The position numbers and the translations under genes are program-made. The notes beneath the pieces are model-generated. The model searched no databases, was not told where the DNA came from, and saw nothing but the letters and a program-made list of their open reading frames with translations. A DNA stretch of 64,000 nucleotides, taken from Octopus vulgaris. Lineage: Eukaryota. Shown here one piece after another: positions 12,900 to 25,044 of the stretch. The first letter of the stretch is position 1, and each line of letters begins with the position of its first letter. The DNA lies in contig OX597816.1 in the NCBI GenBank assembly GCA_951406725.2, positions 94,860,001 to 94,924,000 of the forward strand. Reading direction: 5' to 3'.

Positions 12900-14915
12900 A
12901 CCAATTTAACCATAACTATAGAGAAATTGGAGCAGTTGTGGTTCAGACTGAATACTTGTAGGCCAATATTTTCAGAAAAAACATAGGGATGCACTCCTTA
13001 GAAAGGACTATTAGATCAAATGTTTAATTTATAGTCTGAGAGGTGAGAAACAATGAGGGTGACAGGAAGAGGAGAACTAGCTGGATAAGTTATGCAGATA
13101 GCTTGTTCAGGAGAGCAGAGGCCATTGTAGTTGTGATACTAGATGCTCATAGGTGAAACAGTGTCTGTGAATCTGACTTCAGTGTTGATGACTGAAACAT
13201 TACTAAACAGACAACCAGTTGTCTTCTGAATGCAGTCTAAGATGTTTGTGTATAGCTTTAATATTGTTTCATATATGTCAGCTTTGCCACAACATGAGTT
13301 TTACTTCAGCTTTATATAAAGCTCAATAAGTGAATGGATTAAAAGTATATCCATGTCCTAAAATAGAATCCTATTCTTTGTTATATGATTTTGCCAGTAT
13401 TGAATATATGGACCTGTAATGAGAGGGAAACATGTGGGATATATTACCGAAAACTGACAGAGGGTGGATTTGGACAGAATAATATTGACACACACACTAT
13501 AATGGTCTAATCAGACAGAAAGTTGCCAAATGAATAAAGACATGTGCCAATCAAAAATGGGCAACTCTAACTCAGAAAGGGCTGACTGTTTATCACTTCT
13601 ATTACTTTTGAGATATTGGAAATAAGACGGTTGTTGAAAGAGAGCTTGTCCTTCTTGTGGATGGGATACTACAGCCTGTTATGATTGGGCCAAAGGCTGG
13701 GGAATGTTTGTGAGTGACTTCATGCCACTTAGTTCAGAGGCTTTTCTTTTGATGCAATCTAAGATATCTAAGTATGTATGTAGCAGCAACATTGGCCAAG
13801 GTATGAGAGCAATATTTCTATCTGAGCTTTTTAGACTAGTATTTGTCGAAGGCTGAAATATTTGGGGTTCTGAAGAAGAAGGCCAGGCTTTGAGATAGAA
13901 TTTTTGCAATGTTGAAGATATGTGATTGCCAGCTGAGATAATCAATGATAGTGAGGCCTGACTTTGAAAGAAATTGTGAATTGTGGTGTACTATTCCTAT
14001 TCAGAAGTGTTGAAGGTGGAGTGTGACAAATTATTCTTGATATGTTCTGTAATTGGAGGTTTTTTGCTGTTGAAAGGATATTTTTGAGGCTTCTGGTCAT
14101 AGAGTCTATACAAATTTGGTATGAGGTATCAAGGTTGTATGTGGATAATGTCTAGATCTGGAATGTTAAGAAGAAATTGAAGGTAGTATCATATGCATAG
14201 TAGTGGGCATTGTTTGAGATTACGAGAAGTAGGTCATTGATGTATAAGAGGAAGAATGTTGGAGACAAACTCTGAGGTATGCCAGAAAGAACTCCATCAG
14301 TACATGCTGCAATAAACAGAAAGTCACTAATGCAAGAAATGAGGGTCAACAGAGTATATAGGCAAAAGAGTTTTACAAAGAGAATCAAGTTTCAGACATA
14401 GTTGAAAGCTTTGCAGCTGGAAAAAGCAACAACACAATTTCACATAATTTCTGAAGGGCACTAATGACATCAGTATGAGATGTTGGGAGAATCATAAGAA
14501 TTCTGAGCATGGAAGACATTGATGAGGATGATGCTAAAGATGAGTGAAGTGAGGTTGATGTTTTCAGTAAGATAGTTATTGGTGGTTGGAGTTTGAAGAG
14601 TGGAAAGGAAAAAGATGTATTTGAAGGAATGAAAGGAGGGAGATAAACTTTTACCAAGTTAACAGGAAGTCTTTGTTACTGATAATCAGATAAACAATGA
14701 ATGGCAGGAAGACACCATGCTTCAGAGTGAAGGTTACATAAAGTGAATGTGCAAAGTGGAAAGCAGAGATGGACTATAGATAAAGTTCAAGAGATTTATG
14801 TCTTGGAGAAGAATAGGGTGAGCAGTTTGTCGATTAGTAAGAGATAATGAGTCATTCCAAGGAACAGAGGCCATTATAGTAGTGATAGAAAAGACAGACA
14901 GTGTATTTCTCTTCA
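12900..14915 (-). mobile_element. Decayed CR1/L2/Jockey-group LINE RT
   Basis: GIPQ-SLSPTFFLLYINDLL...HYYAYDTT (GVPQGS..SP.LF..YINDL / YADD), plus PWND and YNGLCSPE-like remnants. Confidence 0.7.
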
Positions 14916-15103
14916 CTCACTTCCTTCTATGTATATCTTCCTCTTTATGTCTGAATTTTTTCACTTTATATGATATTTATCTTTATATATATATATAATA
15001 TGTTGCCATTTCAAAATTTAATTACTCTTCAGTATATCTTTGTAGGGTTTAAAATTCAAAATATATTTTAAATTCAAATTAAGAACTTGAAAATGGAGGT
15101 TAC

Positions 15104-15235
15104 CTGTTCTGCACTACTCATACATGTTGGAAGTAATGGAATTACAGGAAACATATATTCCAGTGGATATAACATAGACACAAAGGCCATGACACTCATC
15201 GAAAGGGCATTATAATCTCGGGATTGTAAAACAAT
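15104..15235 (-). CDS. MADD: MADD coding exon 4: [44 protein letters not shown]
   Basis: ttttag| acceptor and CAG|GTAACC donor; 132 nt. Confidence 0.96.
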
Positions 15236-15998
15236 CTAAAAAACAAATGTTTCAAAACATTCAAGGCAAAAGTATACAGAGAGTATCATTCCATTAAGAA
15301 TATTTCCTAATGTTAGCAGAAAGTAAAATACATGTAAAACTGATATTTTGTGACTAAATATTGATTTAAAATTAAACAATTTCAATTTAATAAAAATAAT
15401 AATATAACTGATATTTAAAAATGATGTATAGAATGTAAAAGCTATCTTTGATTACAGACAATGGTAAAATATTACTGATACTAAGAGTGTTTTTATGGAC
15501 ATTTCCAACAAAAAGATTTTGATATATATCAGTACATCTACCTTCATTGTGATATGTTTAAACAAGATAGCCTAGTCTGGTTAGATAACATATACAAGAG
15601 TAAAAAAAAAAATGCTATTCATAATGAAAGTTTTAGTATATAATCAGATAATTTCTCTTCAAGAATTTAAAACTGTTTCCTTTATTAAGTTATTATGAAA
15701 TTTTTATGAAGCAAATCTTTAAGTTACAGATTTGAATAAGAAGTTCTGATGTCATAAATTTACTAAACTGAGTGCACTCACTGAATCATATTTCATGCTG
15801 TCAATAGTACTATCAGTGATAAAGTTTTAAATATCATGATTATGTAGGCAGTATGGTACAGGAGACATAAAAGACAACTATTAGAATGTGTATAATTTAA
15901 CTAAATATGCTTATATATATAAAAAAAACCCAAAAAACAAGAGATAAAAAGTAAAACAAAATCAATTTTAGAATCAGAAAAACAATTAAGTAAATAAA

Positions 15999-16075
15999 GA
16001 GTTTTAACAAATATTTATCAAAGAAATGAGTTTTAACAAATATTTATCAAAGAAATAACTTTTTGAACAAATATA
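15999..16075. repeat. 29-bp tandem repeat (2 exact copies + 1 partial)
   Basis: gagttttaacaaatatttatcaaagaaat at 15999 and 16028. Confidence 0.85.
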
Positions 16076-16138
16076 TTAATATTGTAAACTATTAAAATCT
16101 AAGAAATTACATTACATTAGGATATCATAAATGCTTAC

Positions 16139-16300
16139 CTTATGTTCTAACAATATAAGTGTCAACACTCTGAGGCAGGTTTCCACACCAAGTAGTTCTA
16201 AGGGCAGATGGAGAGGAAAATCTACTAATGTAAACCGAGTATGATCAGGTAAGGCAAAGAGAAGAGAAGAGGAAACCATATCTTTCGGTAATACTTGTAC
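16139..16300 (-). CDS. MADD: MADD coding exon 3: VQVLPKD...[40 protein letters not shown]
   Basis: tttcag| acceptor and AAG|GTAAGC donor; 162 nt; DENN core. Not in the ORF track. Confidence 0.96.
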
Positions 16301-16527
16301 CTGAAATAAAAAGATAGGTAAAACAGAAATATTCCCACCTGAGTATTAATATAGTAAATATACACTATATGTTTATAATAATTGCCATAAACAATAATTT
16401 TCATAAAATTATCAATTTTAATATTTGTGAATCAAGTTTTTACTTGAATGACAACTGCAAGTGCAATTTAAATACTTTGAAGAGAAGTGTAAGTTTTATC
16501 AAATTCAATTAAAAACTTTCAACATAT

Positions 16528-16737
16528 ATTGGTTTCAAATTTTGACACAAGGCTAGCAATTTTGGGGAGTGGGTAAGTTGATTACATTGACCCCAGTGCA
16601 CAACTGGTACTTATTTTATTGACTCTGAAAGGATGAAAGGCAAAGTTGACCTCAGCAGAATTTGAACTCTGAGCATAAAGACAAACAAAATACCACAAAG
16701 CGTTTTGCCCAGCATGCCAACAATTCTGCCAGCTCAT
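16528..16737 (-). mobile_element. Meta-like SINE copy
   Basis: gaaaggatgaaaggcaaagttgacctcagcagaatttgaactc...ctgccagctc. Confidence 0.82.
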
Positions 16738-18589
16738 TTTCTGCATATATTAGCAAAAAAAACCCCTTTAAATTTGATGTTGATTTATATATAAGATCCA
16801 ATATATTCTTTGTGAATCAGTTGGAAACAGTTTGTGATAGATGATGAAAACATGAAAATAGCACACATTAAAATACAAACATTATATATAAGTATAGTAA
16901 CATATCAACAATAGAATGTAGACAAAATATGTACATCTATTATAGTATTATCACTGCTAAAACTATAGTTACAACTATTTAGATTTTTTTATATTTTCAT
17001 TAAAATACTGTATATTCAATATATGTTTTCAAAGTAAATGATAGATACTTAAAAATAAAGCATAAACTATATTTCTAATTCTTGCAATTTATAGAATGAA
17101 GTTGAACAATATAAAAAAAGAAAACATCTTTGAAATATTTATAACTATATGATGTGAGAAAATTGTGTCTGTTTGAAAATATACAATATATGAAATGTAG
17201 TTTATGTGTGAATGGCAAAGTTGATAAATACTAACTATTACTAGGATCCAGATCAGCCAAGAGAAATTTATAGAATTTTGCTGATGTAAGACTTTTATCA
17301 GTTGTCCAGCAGCATTGCATTATATTTTGCTAAACAGTAAATGAAAGATGTAATTCACCAGAATATGAACCTGCAGTGACTGGAGAAGAAGTTCAGTGTG
17401 GTTCATTGAATGCACAATATTAATCTAAGAAAAGATTTAGTTATAAACATGTTGAGAAATAAACAAGACAAATATAATTTAATGCAAGCTGTAAAATCAA
17501 CATGTTACATGACGAATGCTTGCTAAAGAATTTGAATATCACAATATATATGTTAAATGTATTTGTGTGTATATATATATATATATATACTTCTTTTTTG
17601 TAACACTTAACCAGTTGAAATAGGAAAGGAGACGAATGAAAGTGGATCATGGTAGGAGGAGAGAAATTATCATATACCATGAAAACTAAGACACACTCAC
17701 ACACACACTAATGCAAGCTCACACACCCACATCTATATCTATCTGTCTCCCTCTTTCTCCTTTACTCTCTCTCTCTCATTGCTCATACGTGACCAATGTC
17801 CATTTTTCTTTTCCTTCAGGGCTGTTGTAAAAACTGCACATATCCTTTCTATCTCTCTCTTTTATCTTTTCTCTTGTCAAAGAAAATATTTCTCCACCGT
17901 TCACTATTTTACCTTTGTCTGGTCTAACGACCCTCCATGTTTGTTTTTGTTTGGTTTCCTTGTATGTCTCCACTGTCCTGTTTTTGTTCTCAACTTTGAC
18001 CCTCCATAAATCCCAAATTTTCTTTTGGCTTTTGTTATTTACAGTTTGTGACGTCCTGTACCCATATATGCATATCCCAGCATGGAAAACAAATGTTGAA
18101 GGATGATAATGTTATATATATACATAACTACATCACAAGGATTATGATGTAACAATAGAATTTGATGATTTTTCCACTACATTTTTGGTGTCCTCAAATT
18201 CATGTCTCAAGCAAAATCTGTTTGCAATCAAACACACACAAACTAAAAGCTGAAATATTGACATTAAACAGAGCATACTGTTCAGAGCTGTTGAATTTGT
18301 TCCACTTTATGATTCAACATAAGCTCTAAATTATTTGAGTTGTTCTGTTTATTTCTGCATTCAAAAGTTCACTCTGCTCCCTTCTTCATCTCATCCTGTT
18401 CATAAAATGTGATGACCAAATTAATTTTCTTCTTTATCATCCATCAACATCGTTTAACGTCTGTTTTCCATGCTAGGTAAATCTAATCAATAATTTGTAC
18501 AAATGTTTGAATCAGTTTCATCTCAAAATTTATCAAGAGAGAACATAAATATGAAATGGGTTGATAAAATTCTAGTTTTCTGGAATATT

Positions 18590-18915
18590 CATATCATCCT
18601 TTGACCAACCTATGGTTGGTTGGAACCCTATTGACAATCCCTTTCCACACTACACGGTCCTGCATTGCCGTGTTCAGATCCAGCCCTGAGTCCGAAGATA
18701 TAGTACCTGGAAATGTCAGTTTCCTGGAGAAAACACTTCCAGAGGGATACCATAGGAGCAGGGATGAGATAACCTCTTTCTCTGCTCAATGACAGTGGCC
18801 AGCAAATTGTGGCTGTTTCTGTTTTAGCTCAAGGGATATTGCTATCAGATTTCCATAGATGTTACTAAGTGTTGAGTGTGATCGCCAACTGATGTTCCAT
18901 ATCTTTCTCAACAGG
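18590..18915 (-). mobile_element. Decayed copy of the second RTE-type family
   Basis: The minus strand gives QFAGHCH*AEKEVISSLLLWYPSG...AMQDRVVWKGIV. Confidence 0.75.
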
Positions 18916-19155
18916 TTGATATATGGTCAGGTCGCTCTTTAGTGCTACTGGTAACATGTAACCCAGTACAAACTGTCACATGGTTGGGTTGTCGGCAACT
19001 AACTGGAAGTCCATCAAGCTTGCTTGGTGAGGAGGGTGATGTTGGACACCCTGCGGGATGAAAAGCCCTGTCAAAGGGCGGAAGAACTACTGTGTAGTCA
19101 ATGGCCAATTCAACAATGTTTGATTGTGACGCATGTGTGAAAGCTTGTTTGTTTG

Positions 19156-19157
<2 letters not shown>

Positions 19158-19197
<40 letters not shown>
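19158..19197. repeat. (GT)n microsatellite
   Basis: Direct reading. Confidence 0.95.
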
Positions 19198-20219
19198 ATG
19201 TATTTTTGTGAGTGTTGTGTTCAACATATTGTATAACATTTAAAATTTTTATGTACTTCTACATCCTTAAATTTATTTTATTCTCTTGTCTCTATTTTAT
19301 CTTCATCTTTCTATCTGTGATTAGGGTATGTGGGGGTACACCCCACATGGCATAATGTCCATGCCCTGAGCTGAGGTAAATGCAGCCTGCCTAGGAGAAG
19401 GAAATCTCTTATAAGAAAAACCAGCCACATAACTGAAATACCAAGTTGATGTCTGGCGCAGGATAAATTTACCTCATTGTTAGGGAGAAGTCTTAAGCCT
19501 TGGGTGGCAATCTCCCTTGAGATGGTCTCATATGTAAAAATACTTGGATGTAGGACTGGTGATCCACTTCTGTATCAGCTACTGAAAGAAATACCATGAT
19601 GTCTGGAATATTAACCGTATCCTCAATGAGTATAATTATAATCTGCACTATGTTTCAATTGATTGATTTCTGGTTGTCATCTAGGGTTTTCTACCTAAAT
19701 GTCATAGTCAAAACAACTAGAATTAGGAACCTAAGGATAATAACATTTTTATCTATTAGGTCACTGACAGAAGTACAACTATTGTTAAGTTATAGGTTAT
19801 TAAATTTACTTTTCGGGTAGTGGTAGCTATATTCTCTACATTGTTCCTTTCTTTCCTGGATATGTAAAAGAGATATTTTCAGTCACATCACTGCTGCACT
19901 CATGTATTGCTATCCTCCATCATATAGGTGGCATGGTGTGGGAAAGCTGGTGTGATAGAAGAGAACAAGAGAGATAGGGGATGACAAAAAGAAAAGAAAT
20001 AGGAAGGTTGAATGAGTGGTGTTGCAGGTCTTATTAACTCCTGGATCAATGCTGGTTTGGCATATGGTGTCTAGATTGCATATGGGTGATGCATGGCTGG
20101 AGAAAGTTAAGGAGGATAGAAGGGCTGTATCTTTTGCAGAAGAGTGGGCATTGTCAGTGTGGCAGTAAGGAGGTTGTTAATGAATAGAAAGAAGAGAGTG
20201 AAGAATAAATCTGAATCCT

Positions 20220-20467
20220 AGAGCACACCAGAGTTGGTCAAGATTGGTACAAAAAGAACTTCATCAACATATGCTGTGATGATGCAATCCAAAGTTTCCA
20301 AACCAAGAGATGACAGATGGGTGGAGTCCATAGGTGGGAAATCCTGACATATTCAAAGGCTTTGATGATATGTAAGTCAGAAATATTGCTTTCATCAAGC
20401 AACTTTAAAGCAAAAACTTATTGGTGAGTGACATAAGAGCAATTCTATAGAAGTGAGGAGTTCTTTC

Positions 20468-20560
<93 letters not shown>

Positions 20561-20930
20561 AAAGTACTGGAAAGTGTCATTGTTAATGGTGGTCTCCTTT
20601 ACCTTAAAGCTGTTAAAAAATGAGTGCTACAGGGTAATTGTTAGCTGGATCAGAACTGCTTTTCTTTGAAATAGATCTACTGAAGTATGCTACTGAACTT
20701 CAAGGCATATTCCTATAGAAAGTGAGAGATTAAAGAGTCCGGCAGATATAGGAGTAAGTTCACTCCTTGATGGTAGTGGCAAATTTTCTCTTTGTTTAAC
20801 ACTGATTCTTTAGACTAGATGAACTCTCAACTGGAGCTGATGATCGATTTTATTAGTTGATGTTTCATCCACTGAAAAATCTTTTGCTTCTTGAGAACCA
20901 GAAGCTGTCAGTATTCTGAGAATACTTGAT
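20220..20930 (-). mobile_element. 3' relic of a CR1-type LINE with an inserted (GA)n tract (20471-20558)
   Basis: Resembles the 3' end of 12900-13300 and 52560-53060. Confidence 0.45.
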
Positions 20931-21130
20931 AGCTTAGAATATGTGATCAAGGTCTCAAGAGACAAAGACAAATAATAATTAAAAAATATGATCGTTTCTT
21001 TTTAAATGAACTTCAGTAAGAATAAAAAACAAAAATTTATTGCCGACAGAGAAAGAAACAAAAAATTTGATAAAAAGATTAATTCACATTTAAAGTTTTG
21101 TTTATAAGTGACAATTGAATGATTATTTAC

Positions 21131-21272
21131 CTCTACCCTGGTTTTTGCTGGCACCGGTACAGGTGCACTAAGCAGACGTAATATCCAGATTTCTATTTCT
21201 CGAATTTCATGAAGAACCAAACCAGGAATACTGTCAGTACATTGTCCGGTCAAAACACTCCATACTGTATCC
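21131..21272 (-). CDS. MADD: MADD coding exon 2: DTVWSVLTG...WILRLLSAPVPVPAKTRVE
   Basis: ttccag|G acceptor and GAG|GTAAAT donor; 142 nt, completing the phase-2 codon. Confidence 0.95.
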
Positions 21273-21439
21273 CTGGAATTTAGAATTCAACATTGATTTA
21301 TGTTTTAACTGAAAAAAACTTTGTAACATTATATTTATTGGTGAATAAAAAGCACTTTTCCCCATATTTTTTTGGGTGTATAATGTGAAAAATAAATGAT
21401 TCCTGGTATGCCTGAGTGGTAAGAAGTTTGTTAGGTACC

Positions 21440-21740
21440 GATATAACTGTGTGGTAAGAAGTTTGCTTCATAACTACATTGTTCCAGGTTCAATCCCATT
21501 GTGTGGCACCTTGGACAAGTGTCATCTACTATAGCCTCGGGCCAACCAAAGCTTTGTGAGTGGATTTGGTAGTTGGAAACTGAAAGAAGTTCATCTTATA
21601 TGTATGTATATATCAATGTATGAGTGCATGTTTGTGTTTGTCTCTAACAACCACTTGATAACCAAAGTTAGTTTATCTATGTCCCCACAACTTAGCAGTT
21701 CAGAAAAAGTGACTAATAGAATAAGTAACCGACTTTAAAA
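21440..21740 (+). mobile_element. CORE-like tRNA SINE
   Basis: ctgtgtggtaagaagtttgc..ggttcaatccc..gtggcaccttggacaagtgtc. Confidence 0.82.
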
Positions 21741-22039
21741 AAAAAAAAACTATTCGAGATATCCACAGAAGTAATGTCTCATCTAGCTGTAAAAGGTGTA
21801 TAAATCTGTAAAGACAGTCATGTTACTATTGTATTAGTACAAAATGATAATAGAATAAACTAAATAAAATTTTTATATATTTATATACTTTATAATTTCA
21901 AAAAAATGCTACTTCATATAAAATTTAACTAAGAGATTTGTATGCTTCAATATATCATTTTATAAAAAGCACGTAGAAATAAAATTTAAGATTTAAAAAA
22001 CAAAAACATTTTCATATGTATTTTTTCTTTTCTATTAGA

Positions 22040-22337
22040 TCCAACCAAAATGCAGATATATGGGAAACTACCACCTGTGTCATCTCTTGTGAAAGGTAGG
22101 AGAGTCCAGTTTGCTGGACATTGTTGTAGAGCTGAAAACGAGGCAATTTCTACTCTTCTCCTCTGGAAGCCATCTACTCGCAATACCAGAGGGCGCACAC
22201 TCTCCTACTCTGATGTAATCTCCAGGGATACAAGCATCCAGCAACAGGACCTCCGTAATGCCATGATGGACTGTGAAGTCTGGCGTAGCATGGTAAATTC
22301 CATTGTCTCGACCACGGTCGAACAATGATGATGATGA
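22040..22337 (+). mobile_element. 3' end of a second RTE-type LINE family
   Basis: QIYGKLPPVS...RRVQFAGHCCRAENE...LLLWKP...AMMDCEVWR, stop, then (tga)n tail. Confidence 0.8.
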
Positions 22338-23764
22338 GATCTTTGTTAGGATCTTCATTATTGGCATAATTAATATTTTATAATTCTAGTCGATGGACAG
22401 GTCTGAACAATGTCTCTATCCTTTGTTATTATCATTCTCACTTAATACTTAACCCACTTCATCCCACCTATACCTCCCTTCATGTTCAATTTGTGCTACT
22501 TATCACTCTCATGCACATCATCTAAACCAGTGATTTAATTGGGAGCCTTACTTTTAGGGACTATGTGGAATAAAAAAAAGGAAAATTAAGGGGTTACAAT
22601 GTTTCTGAAAATACCACATACATATTTAACAGCCAAACATATAAGAACACCACATCATAATTATTATCTCATTGTTTGTGCAAACTTCAATGCATAAGAA
22701 CTGGTCACTACAACAGTTTACAACTATGTGTTGTTTAGCATTAAAACTAAGATACAAGGAAATCATATAGAAACAATAGCATTTATTATTATTTTATATT
22801 TTTATCACTTAAAATTAGACTTCTGAATCTACAAGAGCTGCATACTTGACAAAGGAATTCTGTTTATATCTCTTAAATGCAATTAAATACATTTAAGAGA
22901 AATAAACAGAAATTTTCTGCCAGAATATGAAGAACTCAATGCAAAACAGAGGTGTCAACTGTCATTAAATCCAAAGCATATTCAACTTATTTTTCTCCAG
23001 ATTTTATAGAAGCTCACTCTTACCTCCGCAAATGAAGCAGTTAATATAAGTAATTAGAGCAAATATTTAATAGCTGACAATCTAGCCTAATAGTAGCTGC
23101 AAATTATTTGACACAAAAGTTTTCTCAAACCAGACAGAAGACATAATATAAATTAAGTGTGATGATATACAGTTATTAAATATGAATGAAAACTTAGATC
23201 TGTTGTGATTGTAAATGGACCAGTTGCATAAGGTCTATTATAAGATGCAAGAAAGTTTCTGAACGAGAGAATGAATTAACCTAAATATGGTGAGATGACA
23301 TCTAATACAAATAGATGATGTATGATAGTTTAAAATGTGGTATTAATTTGCAGTGAAGGTGTGCTTTCTAGAGGTATTTTAAAAAGACAGGAGTAGTAAG
23401 GACTGACATTAAAGATGACAATGCATCAACATAGAGTGAAAAATACCTTTTTAGACTCAAACAAACAATGCCAGAATAGGATAAAAAGGCATAATAGTGT
23501 GAAGTTAAGGCACTGGACACTAATATTAAGGTACAGACTATACGGTCTGGTCAGAGGTTCTAACCTTACAATGACAGTCATTGAGTTAAGTTCCCATCCA
23601 CAAACATAACTCTGCATGCCCACAACACTTCTTGGTTTATAAATAGTTACTTATGAATAAAAAGATAGCTAGTTGTAAAAACAATACATCAAAAAAAAAA
23701 GAAAAACCCAAAAAACTCTCGTTCATGCAACCATGCAAAAACAATACAAGTTGTTATACATTGC

Positions 23765-24500
23765 ATACATATATATACACATACATATGTATATACACAT
23801 ATATACATACATATATATACACATATATACATACATATATATATAAACACATATACATACATATATATATATAAACACATATACATACATATATATATAT
23901 AAACACATATACATACATATATATATATAAACACATATACATACATATATATATACACATATACATACATATATATATATAAACACATATACATATAAAC
24001 ACATATACATACATATATATATACACATATACATACATATATATATACACATATATACATACATATATATATAAACACATATACATACATATATATATAA
24101 ACACATATACATATATATATATATAAACACATATACATACATATATATATATATACACATATACATACATATATATATACATACATACATATATACATAC
24201 ATACATACATATATACACACATATATACATACATATATATATACACATATATACATAAATATATATATACATACATACATAAATATATATATACACACAT
24301 ATACATACATACATATATACACACATATATACATACATATATATACACATATATACATAAATATATATATACATACACATATATACATACACATATATAC
24401 ATACATATATATATACACATATATACATACATATATATATACACATATATACATAAATATATATATACACATATATACATAAATATATATATACATACAC

Positions 24501-24545
<45 letters not shown>

Positions 24546-24835
24546 TATACACACATATACATATACACACATATACATATATACATATATATATATATAT
24601 ACACATATACATATACACACATATACATATATATATATATACATATACATATATACATATATATATATATACACATATACATATACACATATATATATAC
24701 ACATATACATATACACACATATACATATATATATACATATATATATATATACGTACACATATATATATACATACATATATATATACACATACACATATAT
24801 ATACATATACACATATACATATATATATACATACA

Positions 24836-24881
<46 letters not shown>

Positions 24882-25043
24882 CACATAAACATACATATAT
24901 ATATATATATATATATACATACATACATATATATACACATATAAACATAAATACATATATATATATATACATCTATATATATATATCATCATTATCATCA
25001 CCGGCATATATATACACATATATACACACATATATATATATAC
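23765..25043. repeat. Compound (TA)n/(CA)n/(TACA)n microsatellite
   Basis: About 1.3 kb made almost entirely of TA/CA units. Confidence 0.97.
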
Positions 25044-25044
25044 A

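Noticed and set aside
23024-23081. Strong minus-strand donor GAG|GTAAGA suggesting an extra MADD exon or microexon
   Set aside because: The nearest AG acceptors give 50 or 58 nt (frameshifting) with no good pyrimidine tract. Exons 1 and 2 already join in frame.
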